Below are positions 1 through 8,330 of a stretch of 64,000 nt of DNA, piece after piece. The notes beneath the pieces are model-generated. The model saw only the letters and a program-made list of their open reading frames with translations. It did not search any database and was not told the origin of the DNA. Each line of letters begins with the position of its first letter. Position 1 is the stretch's first letter. Both the position numbers and the translations under genes were made by a program. The DNA is taken from assembly GCA_016934055.1 (NCBI GenBank), contig JAFGTR010000087.1:17780-81779 (forward strand), in the 5' to 3' direction. Source of the stretch: Bacteroidales bacterium (GTDB taxonomy: Bacteria > Bacteroidota > Bacteroidia > Bacteroidales > UBA10428).

Positions 1-642
1 CTGAAATTTCAGGACGCCTTTATCAATGATGCCGATATGGGTAGCCAGTTTTTCAATTTCACCCAGTAAATGGCTTGAAAGCAATATTGTCGTACCTGAT
101 TGCCTGTTCAGTTCTTTTAGAAATTCTCTGATCTCTATAATTCCTGATGGATCAAGCCCGTTCATCGGTTCGTCCAGAATCAGCAGGTCGGGACTGCCCA
201 ATAATGCGATAGCAAGGGATAATCTTTGTTTCATGCCATTTGAATACTTTCCTGCTTTACGATCGGCATCATCCCATAGGCCCACTCTTTGTAATATCTC
301 TTGGGTCTTTTCCGGAGGAAGATTTCGCAATATTCTGACCATATCAACATTTTCTTTGCCTGAAAGATGCTGGTATATGGTTGGCGTTTCAACCATATTA
401 CCGGTCCTGGCCAGTATCGGTATCAGGTCACATGCAATATCATTGTTAAATAGAAAAACCCTGCCTTTTTTCGTTTGTAAAAGACCCAGAAGTATTTTTA
501 TAGTGGTGGTTTTCCCTGCACCATTGGGTCCTAAAAAGCCATAAATGCTCCCTTCAGGAACAGCCAGACTGAGTTTTTTTAATACTTTGTATTGACCAAA
601 GGAAAAGTCAAGATCTTCGGTATGAATTATATGCGACTGCAC
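1..642 (-). CDS. ABC transporter ATP-binding protein (C-terminal end lies beyond the window edge)
   Basis: Absent from the ORF track because it runs off the left edge. Reverse-strand translation from GTG at 642-640 gives VQSHIIHTEDLDFSFGQYKVLKKLSLAVPEGSIYGFLGPNGAGKTTTIKILLGLL (Walker A). It continues to YSNGMKQRLSLAIALLGSPDLLILDEPMNGLDP (ABC signature plus Walker B). The listed + ORF 26..544 is its antisense shadow. Confidence 0.85.
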   Translation of the reverse strand, partial: MQSHIIHTEDLDFSFGQYKVLKKLSLAVPEGSIYGFLGPNGAGKTTTIKILLGLLQTKKGRVFLFNNDIACDLIPILARTGNMVETPTIYQHLSGKENVDMVRILRNLPPEKTQEILQRVGLWDDADRKAGKYSNGMKQRLSLAIALLGSPDLLILDEPMNGLDPSGIIEIREFLKELNRQSGTTILLSSHLLGEIEKLATHIGIIDKGVLKFQ

Positions 643-703
643 CAACAGTGTTTTTGACAGAACGTAAATCTGAAACTGTTTATTATATGAACGCTATTAA
701 TGT

Positions 704-964
704 TTAACCAAACCTGTATTTTTTCCGGATACCTTTTGTAACCATCCATGTGCACTCAAGTCCCTGTTCAAACTCAACCCAGTCACCGGGGCCGAATTCA
801 ATGCTGTGCCCGTGTTTGTCCACAACACGGGCATTACCTTCAAGTATATAGCAGGTTTCTTTATCATCATATAACCATGCAAATTCTGATGGTTCTTTTG
901 ACCAGGTATCCCATGTTTCGGTTTGCCTGATTTCCTGTTCTGTTGGTCTTTTCACCTTCATCAT
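704..964 (-). CDS. small cupin-domain protein (cupin_3/DUF861-like)
   Basis: 86 aa single-domain protein. The pattern ETCYILEGNARV...GDWVEFEQGLECTWMV is typical of small cupins. It lies 61 nt upstream of the ABC ATPase on the same strand. Confidence 0.6.
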   Translation of the reverse strand: MMKVKRPTEQEIRQTETWDTWSKEPSEFAWLYDDKETCYILEGNARVVDKHGHSIEFGPGDWVEFEQGLECTWMVTKGIRKKYRFG

Positions 965-1040
965 AGTAATAAATTTGTAAGTGTTGTTAAATTTACAGTT
1001 TTCTTATAAACATAAAAAATACCTTGTTCTGATCTTTTTT

Positions 1041-1595
1041 ATGTCGATTGATTTCAGAAAATTATTAGCTGACAGTTCAATTAAACTGGCCGATATAGCC
1101 GCCTCTGTGATCTTTGAGGAACCAGAAAGAATTGAAAACCTTACCAGGGTTATACTTGCCGATGAAGATCCTTTTTCATCAAGAGCTGCGAGGGCTTTTG
1201 CTGTTTGCACTGAAAAGTTGCCGGAATTATTTGAAAAACAACAGCACGCCATCATACCATATTTGAAACACATCAAATCTGAAGGTGTAATCCGCAATAT
1301 TTTGAAAATAGCAGCAGATTATCCCGTAAAGCTTACAAAAAAGAACAATGGAATTATGCTGGGTTTGTGTTTTGACTGGCTTGAAGACCTTTCAAAACCG
1401 GTTGCCATTCGTGTTCATGCCATGCAGATCATATACAATATTTCATTACACGAAGCTGGCATCAGGGATGAACTGATTTCAATTCTGGAAGAAAACTATG
1501 CCAATGGAACGATAGGATTTCGGTCAAGAGCTGACAGAATTCTTAAAAACCTTTACCGGCAAAACAATGAATTTTACAGAAAAGAAAAAGGTTAA
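1041..1595 (+). CDS. hypothetical all-helical protein (HEAT/ARM-like)
   Basis: The listed ORF starts at GTG 981. The ATG at 1041 (MSIDFRKLL...) is the more plausible start. No catalytic motif recognised; helical repeat-like composition. Confidence 0.45.
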   Translation: MSIDFRKLLADSSIKLADIAASVIFEEPERIENLTRVILADEDPFSSRAARAFAVCTEKLPELFEKQQHAIIPYLKHIKSEGVIRNILKIAADYPVKLTKKNNGIMLGLCFDWLEDLSKPVAIRVHAMQIIYNISLHEAGIRDELISILEENYANGTIGFRSRADRILKNLYRQNNEFYRKEKG

Positions 1596-1706
1596 ATGAC
1601 ATACGTTTACTGCAGGTAACAATAAAAACCCTTTATTTTGATTATAATTGTTCAGGATTTTTATATTTTTAGCCATCCAAAACATAACTGAAATAATTAT
1701 ACTATC

Positions 1707-1931
1707 ATGGGAAAAGGAGACAAAAAAACCAGAAGAGGCAAAATTACCATTAAATCATACGGCGTTAGCAGACCCCGCTTCAAAAAAAAGAATACGGCTG
1801 CAGCTCCCGTAATTGAAAAGCCAACGGTTAAAGCCCCTGAGAAAGAAATCAAAAAGCCGGTTGCCAAGAAAACAACGGCAAAACCGAAAAAGAAGACAAA
1901 AGCCACTGAAACGGCAAAGAAGAAAAAATAA
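1707..1931 (+). CDS. 30S ribosomal protein THX with Lys/Ala/Pro-rich C-terminal extension
   Basis: The N-terminus MGKGDKKTRRGKITIKSYGVSRPRFKKK matches the THX signature (MGKGDKK..RGK). The remaining ~45 aa are a KKPxAKK-type basic tail. Confidence 0.75.
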   Translation: MGKGDKKTRRGKITIKSYGVSRPRFKKKNTAAAPVIEKPTVKAPEKEIKKPVAKKTTAKPKKKTKATETAKKKK

Positions 1932-1935
1932 TCAT

Positions 1936-1968
1936 AATCCGGGCATCTGCAGTCCGGATTTTTAATTT
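1936..1968 (+). terminator. intrinsic terminator after THX gene
   Basis: Stem AATCCGG (1936-1942) / CCGGATT (1954-1960), followed by TTTAATTTT. Confidence 0.6.
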
Positions 1969-1978
1969 TCAATAGACA

Positions 1979-2425
1979 TTGTTTGTGGATTATGATAAAC
2001 AACATAAGTCCGTCAGCCGTCGAAGAAGATGCTTTTCGCTGATGGTCAGCATTATTGTTGCTGTGTTGGGTTTGTATTCAAAATACTATGCCGGTCCGGC
2101 TGCTGCATGGGTCATCAAATCTCTGGGCGGAGTTTTTTATGTTATCTTCTGGTGTCAGGTCATACATCTTATACGGCCTGATTTCTCTCCCCTGCCCGTT
2201 TCAATTATTGTTGTGATTATCACCTGTGCTATAGAGTTCACACAATTGAGCCAGGCGGATACTCTGGAATACATCAGGCGAACATTTGCAGGCAGGGCTC
2301 TTATTGGTCATTCTTTCAATCCCTTGGATTTCCCGTATTATATTGCAGGGGGATTCATTGCCTGGGCATTACAGTATTATAACCGGATTACAAATAAATC
2401 GGACGAACAAAAGGAAATCGTTTGA
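1979..2425 (+). CDS. DUF2809-like small integral membrane protein
   Basis: 148 aa with four hydrophobic segments, an arginine-rich N-terminus and GHSFNPLDFPYYIAGG near the C-terminus, which resembles DUF2809. The start (TTG 1979 or GTG 1985) is uncertain. Confidence 0.5.
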   Translation: MFVDYDKQHKSVSRRRRCFSLMVSIIVAVLGLYSKYYAGPAAAWVIKSLGGVFYVIFWCQVIHLIRPDFSPLPVSIIVVIITCAIEFTQLSQADTLEYIRRTFAGRALIGHSFNPLDFPYYIAGGFIAWALQYYNRITNKSDEQKEIV

Positions 2426-2451
2426 ATTAGTTTTATATTTATCGCCCATAA

Positions 2452-3642
2452 ATGAATAATTCAGCCATGAATAAATCAGAAAAATTTGAAACCAATTGTA
2501 TTCGGATACAAGCCGGCAGATCACAGCATAAAGAGCACAGTGTACCCGTTTACCAAACCTCAAGCTTTGTTTTTAGCAATGCCGAGGAAGCACGTGATGT
2601 TTTTGCCGAGATAGCTGAAGGCCATATTTATACACGTTATTCCAATCCGAATTCCGATGAATTTATTCAAAAACTTTGTGCCCTTGAAGGTGCTGAAGAT
2701 GGCATTGCCACTTCATCAGGAATGGCTGCTGTTTTTTTAAGTATGATAGCCATATTGCAGCCTGGTGACCATTTGCTGGCTCCGAAACAATTGTTCGGAA
2801 CCACATATCTTCTGATAACAAATGTGCTTTCACGATGGGGTATTTCCCACACATTTGTTGACTGCAGGGATACTGCATCATGGGAGAAGCATATTCTGCC
2901 CACCACAAAGATGATATATGCAGAAACACCTTCCAATCCAGGTCTTGAACTGATTGATCTGAAATGGATGTGCAGACTGGCTGAAAAACATGGTTTATAC
3001 GTTGTTATTGATAATTGCTTTGCAACGCCATACATACAGAATCCTCTGAAATATGGTGCTGACCTTGTGATACACTCTGCTACCAAATTCATTGACGGAC
3101 AGGGAAGAACAATTTCAGGGGCTGTCCTTGGAAGCAGGGAAAGTATTAAAGATGTGAAACTGCTTGCACGTATCATTGGTCCGACCATGTCGCCGTATAC
3201 GGCCTGGTTGTTGTCAAAAAGCCTTGAAACTCTTGCCGTCAGAATGGAAAGACACTGTTCAAATGCTTTGGCTCTGGCTCAATACCTTGAAAAAAACAAA
3301 GAAGTGGAATGGGTAAGGTACCCATTTCTTCCCTCTCACCCGCAATATAAACTTGCAAAAAAGCAAATGAAACTCGGAGGTGGATTGGTATCTTTTGAAC
3401 TTAAAGGCGGTATTAAACGATCCATGAAGTTTATTAATGCTCTGAAATTACTTTCGTTGACACCAAATTTAGGTGATTCCCGAACCACGATAACACATCC
3501 GACTACAACCACCCATTCGAAGTTAACTTCAGAGGAACGAAAAGAATCAGGTGTGACAGATGGGATGATAAGGATAGCTGTAGGACTGGAACACATTGAT
3601 GATATTATCGCCGATATAGAACAGGCGATAAAGAAAACGTAG
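2452..3642 (+). CDS. PLP-dependent trans-sulfuration enzyme (O-succinyl/acetyl-homoserine sulfhydrylase or cystathionine gamma-synthase family)
   Basis: 396 aa with TRYSNPN, a PLP-lysine context HSATKFIDGQGR and C-terminal IRIAVGLE. These are hallmarks of the Cys/Met-metabolism PLP family. Confidence 0.85.
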   Translation: MNNSAMNKSEKFETNCIRIQAGRSQHKEHSVPVYQTSSFVFSNAEEARDVFAEIAEGHIYTRYSNPNSDEFIQKLCALEGAEDGIATSSGMAAVFLSMIAILQPGDHLLAPKQLFGTTYLLITNVLSRWGISHTFVDCRDTASWEKHILPTTKMIYAETPSNPGLELIDLKWMCRLAEKHGLYVVIDNCFATPYIQNPLKYGADLVIHSATKFIDGQGRTISGAVLGSRESIKDVKLLARIIGPTMSPYTAWLLSKSLETLAVRMERHCSNALALAQYLEKNKEVEWVRYPFLPSHPQYKLAKKQMKLGGGLVSFELKGGIKRSMKFINALKLLSLTPNLGDSRTTITHPTTTTHSKLTSEERKESGVTDGMIRIAVGLEHIDDIIADIEQAIKKT

Positions 3643-3653
3643 ACTGATTATAA

Positions 3654-3781
3654 ATCTAAGATCTAAGATCTAAGATCTTAGACTTAAGATCAAAGATCGA
3701 TGATTTGATGATCTTATTGGTATATGAACGTGCTGTGGACCTGCCTGACGGCAGGCAGGCAGTCGACCGTCGACTGTGGAC
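3654..3781 (+). repeat. heptad array (ATCTAAG-type, about 9 units) followed by a GTGGAC-flanked GC hairpin (family A copy 1)
   Basis: 7-mers in register from 3654: ATCTAAG x3, ATCTTAG, ACTTAAG, ATCAAAG, ATCGATG. They are followed by GTGGACCTGCCTGACGGCAGGCAGGCAGTCGACCGTCGACTGTGGAC (3735-3781), containing the hairpin CCTGCC-TGAC-GGCAGG. A related copy lies at 52820-52866. Confidence 0.75.
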
Positions 3782-3850
3782 TTCTACAAAGAATTAAAAC
3801 AAACAGAACTATACTATTCAAAGCAATTAATCACTTCGTATTTTCACTGA

Positions 3851-5350
3851 ATGTCACAGAAATATACTGTAAGGCTGGAACCTCTTGGCAAGATCCTTAA
3901 AGTAAACAAGGGAACACCACTCATAGATATACTGAGTGAGTATGGCGTTGAATTTCCCTGTGGAGGAAGGGGCACCTGTTATAACTGCAAGGTCAGAATC
4001 ATCGAGGGTGACATTGAAACGGAAGCCCAGTATAAAGATATCCTCCTGAAAAAAGGCTTTGACTCATCCTGGAGGTTGGCATGTAAAAGTTGTATTATTC
4101 AGGATGTCGTGCTTGAGATAGCTCAGACAGATATCCTTATTCTTGCCGATAATACGGTTTTTTCATTCAAACCCGGCAGGGGTTATGGCCTTGCGATTGA
4201 TCTTGGGACAACAACCATTGTCATGCAAATGGTCAATCTCTCCAACGGGCATGTGTTAGACGCACTTTCTGCCATTAACCTGCAAAGCCGTTATGGCGCT
4301 GATATCATGTCGAGGATCTCTTATGCTCAGGAGCATTCCGGACTTGAAATGCTGTGCCATATGATCCGAAGTCAGTTATGGAACATGATGAGCATAATGA
4401 TAAAGCGGCACAATATTATACCTGCAACAATCCTTCTGGTTGGCAATACCTTAATGCATCATCTTTTTTCCTGTATTGATGTCAGATCACTTGCTTTTTA
4501 CCCCTTTGAGACTCATGAGGGGGGCAAAAAACAATTCAGGGCCAAAGAGCTTGGATGGGATCTGCCTGAAAATACAAAAATCGCTTTTATGCCTGCACTG
4601 GGAAGTTTTGTGGGCAGTGATATCCTTGCCGGTATTCTGGCAACCGGAATGGACAAATCTGAAGATCTTATGGCGTTAATTGATCTTGGTACCAATGGAG
4701 AAATTGTTGTCGGCAACCGCGATCTTATGTTGACAGCATCCACAGCAGCCGGTCCTGCATTTGAAGGCACTCATATCAGTCAGGGCATGAGAGCTGCAAA
4801 TGGGGCTATCTCTTCAGTATTTCTCAGGAATAATGAAATTGCATATCATGTTATAGGCAATGAAATACCACGGGGTATATGTGGAAGTGGCATTATTGAT
4901 GCCGTTTCGGTCTTTTTGCAAACAAATCAGATCAATGAAGCAGGTCAGATCTCTTCGGGTAAATCCTGGATTTCTGTTACTGACACGATAAAGCTGACTC
5001 AGAAAGACATATATGAGTATATCCTGGCAAAGGCAGCCATAGCTTCCGGTATTCATATCCTTTTAAACATGCTTGGTAAGTCTGATACCGATCTTAAAAT
5101 GGTTTTTATTGCCGGCGGCTTTGGTAATTTCATTACCATTGACAACGCCATCATAACAGGTCTGCTGGAATTCCCGGGGGAAAAGATATTAAAAGCCGGG
5201 AATACTGCGCTGATCGGAGCAAAGATGTTGCTTTTTAAAACAGATGATTCTGAACAAAATATTGTGTCAAAAACCCGTCATATTTCCCTGGAGTCGGATA
5301 CGGGCTTCCAGGATATTTTTGTCAGTAAAATGATGCTTGAGAAAACATAA
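3851..5350 (+). CDS. 2Fe-2S ferredoxin domain fused to ASKHA (DUF4445) ATPase domain; RACo-like corrinoid reductive-activase family, short form
   Basis: N-terminal plant-type ferredoxin motif CGGRGTCYNCKV...RLACKS. ASKHA phosphate-1 motif GLAIDLGTTT, a later IDLGTNGEI, and GGFGN near the C-terminus. Confidence 0.75.
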   Translation: MSQKYTVRLEPLGKILKVNKGTPLIDILSEYGVEFPCGGRGTCYNCKVRIIEGDIETEAQYKDILLKKGFDSSWRLACKSCIIQDVVLEIAQTDILILADNTVFSFKPGRGYGLAIDLGTTTIVMQMVNLSNGHVLDALSAINLQSRYGADIMSRISYAQEHSGLEMLCHMIRSQLWNMMSIMIKRHNIIPATILLVGNTLMHHLFSCIDVRSLAFYPFETHEGGKKQFRAKELGWDLPENTKIAFMPALGSFVGSDILAGILATGMDKSEDLMALIDLGTNGEIVVGNRDLMLTASTAAGPAFEGTHISQGMRAANGAISSVFLRNNEIAYHVIGNEIPRGICGSGIIDAVSVFLQTNQINEAGQISSGKSWISVTDTIKLTQKDIYEYILAKAAIASGIHILLNMLGKSDTDLKMVFIAGGFGNFITIDNAIITGLLEFPGEKILKAGNTALIGAKMLLFKTDDSEQNIVSKTRHISLESDTGFQDIFVSKMMLEKT

Positions 5351-5354
5351 GTAA

Positions 5355-5615
5355 AAACCTGCTGTTTTTGATAAAAACAAGTCCGAATTATGTACGAAAC
5401 CAATTATAAGAACTGGCTTTGCCGTTTCATCGCCTGAATCGGTGAAACATGGATTGCTGTTGCTGGCCGGGGGGAAATCGTTGTACAATCAGATCGATGT
5501 TAAGGAATATATCAGCAATTGCAAAGTAAAATCGGATTTCTGGACGTGGTTTACAGAAAAATTCATGGCGCATCCTCATCTTACAAAAAGGGTTGACAAG
5601 ATATTTATACTATAA
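5355..5615 (+). pseudogene. possible C-terminal remnant of an M48-family (HtpX-like) metallopeptidase
   Basis: An open frame with no usable start codon, found by hand. It reads ...ELCTKPIIRTGFAVSSPESVKHGLLLLAGGKSLYNQIDVKEYISNCK...FMAHPHLTKRVDKIFIL*. The pattern C-x-R...P..V...L.KLAGG...L..Q(I/L)D...(F/Y)(I/L)...HP....R...I resembles M48 C-termini. The HEXXH part is absent. Confidence 0.35.
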
Positions 5616-5661
5616 ACCCCTGGAAGATCATAAAAACCTTATCGGGGGAAGATTTTTTCAG

Positions 5662-5734
5662 CCGGTCCGCAGGGGATCGAACCCTGGACCCCATGATTAA
5701 GAGTCATGTGCTCTGCCAGCTGAGCTACGGACCG
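5662..5734 (-). tRNA. tRNA-Lys (anticodon CTT)
   Basis: Reverse complement CGGTCCGTAGCTCAGCTGGCAGAGCACATGACTCTTAATCATGGGGTCCAGGGTTCGATCCCCTGCGGACCGG folds as a 73 nt cloverleaf. It has a 7-bp acceptor stem, GTTCGATCC T-loop and anticodon loop CT-CTT-AA. Confidence 0.9.
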
Positions 5735-5820
5735 TAAGAATTGCAAAGGTAAAAATATAAAGGTAATTAACAATTGATATGACGTTGTTTTCATCATGTT
5801 TTTGGAGCTTTGCATGAGAT

Positions 5821-6738
5821 ATGTTTACTTTATTACATAACTGCAGTCTTTGTCCCCGCAATTGCAAGGTTAACCGTTTTAAAAGTGCATCGGGATATTG
5901 TAAATGCGATGCATCTTATGCAATTGCGTCTGTCTGCCGCCACTGTGGAGAAGAACCGGTGATCAGCGGCAGGAATGGTATATGCAATATTTTTTTTTCA
6001 CATTGTAATCTTCAATGTCTATACTGTCAGAATTATCAGATCAGCAGAAATACATCACCTCAGGAAAGGAACAAATTAACACTTCCTGATATTGTGAAGG
6101 AAGTGATACACTATCTTGAATCAGGATGTGAATCTGTCGGATTTGTTACGCCCACACAATATCTGCCTCATGTTCATGCTATTATTGATGCGCTGAAAGA
6201 TGCCGGGCATTACCCTGTTATGGTATACAACACCAATGGATATGACAGACCCGGCATGCTCAAGGACCTGGAAGAAAAAATCGATATCTATCTCCCTGAT
6301 TTTAAATATATGGATTCTGAGCTTGCGGGACGTTTTTCAGGGGCACATGATTATCCTGATGTTGCAAAGCGTTCGGTAAAGGAAATGTATCGGCAAAAAG
6401 GAAGTTCATTAAGACTCAGCGAGACAGGACTTGCGCTTAATGGCCTTATTATCAGGCATCTGGTTTTACCTGGTTTTACGAATGACAGCATAAAGATTCT
6501 ACGGTGGATTGCAGAGGAACTGTCCCCAATGGTACACATCTCGCTAATGGCGCAGTATTATCCTCCGGAAGGACTTGTATGCCCGCCTCCGTTGAATCGC
6601 ACTTTAAACAAAAAGGAATATGAAAGTGTAGTGACAGAGATGGAAAAACTTGGATTCTGCAATGGCTGGATACAAGAACCTGATAGTTCGGGGTATTACA
6701 ATCCTGATTTTTCAAATGATCAACCATTTTCATCATGA
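5821..6738 (+). CDS. radical SAM protein (PflX / pyruvate formate-lyase-activase-like, COG1313 type)
   Basis: CNLQCLYCQNY (CxxxCxxC radical SAM cluster) plus an N-terminal extra Cys cluster CSLCPRNCKVNR...GYCKC. 305 aa. Confidence 0.8.
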   Translation: MFTLLHNCSLCPRNCKVNRFKSASGYCKCDASYAIASVCRHCGEEPVISGRNGICNIFFSHCNLQCLYCQNYQISRNTSPQERNKLTLPDIVKEVIHYLESGCESVGFVTPTQYLPHVHAIIDALKDAGHYPVMVYNTNGYDRPGMLKDLEEKIDIYLPDFKYMDSELAGRFSGAHDYPDVAKRSVKEMYRQKGSSLRLSETGLALNGLIIRHLVLPGFTNDSIKILRWIAEELSPMVHISLMAQYYPPEGLVCPPPLNRTLNKKEYESVVTEMEKLGFCNGWIQEPDSSGYYNPDFSNDQPFSS

Positions 6739-7260
6739 TCATTCATCAATTTTTTCAAGATTTTCCATGCCTTCAATATCCATACCACTGGCCAGCTTGC
6801 CTATGGTTTTCATATCAATGACACCCTGAATGCAGATTAAAACGCTTTCTTCCTTACCTCCGACGAGCATAAGCAATTCAACAACCTTACCTTTCTCCTC
6901 GCGTACCAGGAATTTGACATCCTGGTCTTTTTCCTTAATCACCATCAATTCCTTATAAAGGTTTACAGGCAGCTCTTTCATAACTTCCTGGTAGAGGTTT
7001 ACCTTTTCTGAAGTTGCAGGATCATCATCTGTAGCAAGTATTTTAATACTGCTCAGGTTGCTGAGGACTTCGGCCATATCATCATCTTTCGGGGCATCCT
7101 CTGCTGCATCCCGAAAGAGGTCAAACATATACTTCGTTATATAAACGGTTGTAAAGCCCTCTGTACCGGCGTATTTATCAAAAACCTTATCTGCTATGGT
7201 CTGTGCACTGGTGATTGTACAAAGGCAAAACAATGCAAAATAACAAACAATTTTTCTCAT
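6739..7260 (-). CDS. DUF4252 domain protein (secreted)
   Basis: Signal peptide, then KVFDKYAGTEGFTTVYITKYMFDLF ... VKFLVREEKGKVVELLMLVGG. A paralog lies at 8450..8980. Confidence 0.7.
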   Translation of the reverse strand: MRKIVCYFALFCLCTITSAQTIADKVFDKYAGTEGFTTVYITKYMFDLFRDAAEDAPKDDDMAEVLSNLSSIKILATDDDPATSEKVNLYQEVMKELPVNLYKELMVIKEKDQDVKFLVREEKGKVVELLMLVGGKEESVLICIQGVIDMKTIGKLASGMDIEGMENLEKIDE

Positions 7261-7264
7261 GACT

Positions 7265-7828
7265 TTATTGATTTACTTCAGTTGATGTTTCATCTATTTT
7301 TGACAATAATTTCAGCTTATCAAAACCTGCGTTAAGCTTCTCAAGATTTCTGAGATTCTCAACCCCGCTGTTTATTTTTGAAATGCGCGATAATTCTTTT
7401 GTCCCGTAATTCAATGTTTGTGAAATATACAACATTGTCTTTTGTGCTTCGATATAAGCCAGTTCGGGATCATTGAAGGTCCCAAGATCAGGTTCCTGGT
7501 TCCTGTTAAGGATCAATATCATACTGCCGATTATAATCACCATGGCAGCTGCCGCTATCCAACTGAATGGCTTCTTTTTATAAAAAGCAATTGTTTTAAC
7601 CCGGGATTCACGGTCAAGAAGATATTCCAGTTTTCTTTCCAGTTCAGGTCGGCGGCCAATATCAGCACGGATTGATTCAAAATACTGAAATTGCGCTTTA
7701 TAACTTTCAAAAGCGTCAGGAACATTAGTTGACCGGGCAAAATAATCACGCAACATTTGCTCCTCTTCAAGGCTCGTTTCCACCTTGTCATATTTATCGA
7801 GCAGTATTTTTATTTTTTGAATATCCAT
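7265..7828 (-). CDS. single-pass membrane protein, putative anti-sigma partner of the upstream ECF sigma
   Basis: The plausible start is MDIQKIKILLDKYDKVETSLEEEQMLRDYF (ATG at 7828), not the listed 7888. One TM segment (WIAAAAMVIIIGSMILIL). It overlaps the sigma gene end by 35 nt. Confidence 0.5.
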   Translation of the reverse strand: MDIQKIKILLDKYDKVETSLEEEQMLRDYFARSTNVPDAFESYKAQFQYFESIRADIGRRPELERKLEYLLDRESRVKTIAFYKKKPFSWIAAAAMVIIIGSMILILNRNQEPDLGTFNDPELAYIEAQKTMLYISQTLNYGTKELSRISKINSGVENLRNLEKLNAGFDKLKLLSKIDETSTEVNQ

Positions 7829-8330
7829 AATCCACAAAATTAATAAGTTGTTCCCTGATCGTATTCCGGGCTCTTGACAGCGAAACACGCACGGCGTTAA
7901 TATTCATATTCATTATGTTGGCGATTTCTTCATATTCATAGCCTTCAATATCCCTGAGTTGAATTATCGTTTTTTGCTGTTCAGGCAATGTCTGAATGAT
8001 TCTGCTGACTGTGCTCATCTGATCTGCTTTTTCAAGCAATCCCAAAGGACTGTCTGTATCTGAATACTGATCAAATCCTGATGTATAATTGTCGATATAC
8101 AGTGGTTTCTTTGCTTTAATTCTGTCAAGGCACCAGTTACGCGTCACCCTCATGGCAAAAGCCTCAATATTATCGTACTTTTTAAGATCATCGCGCAACT
8201 TCCACAGTTTCAGGAAAATTTCCTGCACTGAATCTTCAGCTTCAGCATGATCTTTAAGAAGCAGCCGGGCAAAATGAAACAGCTTACCACTTAATGGAAT
8301 GATTTTTTCTTTGAATTCAGCCGCATTCAT
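7794..8330 (-). CDS. ECF-type RNA polymerase sigma-70 factor
   Basis: Region 2 (AEDSVQEIFLKLWKL...) and region 4 HTH (QQKTIIQLRDIEGYEYEEIANIMNMNINAVRVSLSRARNTI). Confidence 0.85.
   Translation of the reverse strand: MNAAEFKEKIIPLSGKLFHFARLLLKDHAEAEDSVQEIFLKLWKLRDDLKKYDNIEAFAMRVTRNWCLDRIKAKKPLYIDNYTSGFDQYSDTDSPLGLLEKADQMSTVSRIIQTLPEQQKTIIQLRDIEGYEYEEIANIMNMNINAVRVSLSRARNTIREQLINFVDYGYSKNKNTAR

Noticed and set aside
26-544. 172-aa + strand ORF at the left edge
   Set aside because: The opposite strand encodes an unmistakable ABC ATPase with Walker A, signature and Walker B motifs. The + ORF is an antisense shadow with a low-complexity translation.
1697-2005. 102-aa - strand ORF (F/V-rich)
   Set aside because: It is the antisense of the lysine-rich THX tail: AAG/AAA codons read as CTT/TTT. 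This is an artefact of low-complexity sequence.
3654-3716. Possibility that the short tandem arrays are a CRISPR array
   Set aside because: The period is only 7-9 bp with no unique spacers, the units degenerate progressively, and no cas genes are in the window. They are microsatellite-like word arrays, not CRISPR.
3735-3781. TGTGGAC words as DnaA boxes, which would imply a replication origin given recF nearby
   Set aside because: They match only 6 of 9 positions of the TGTGGATAA consensus. There is no dnaA/dnaN context and no AT-rich unwinding element next to them, and the second copy lies 49 kb away.
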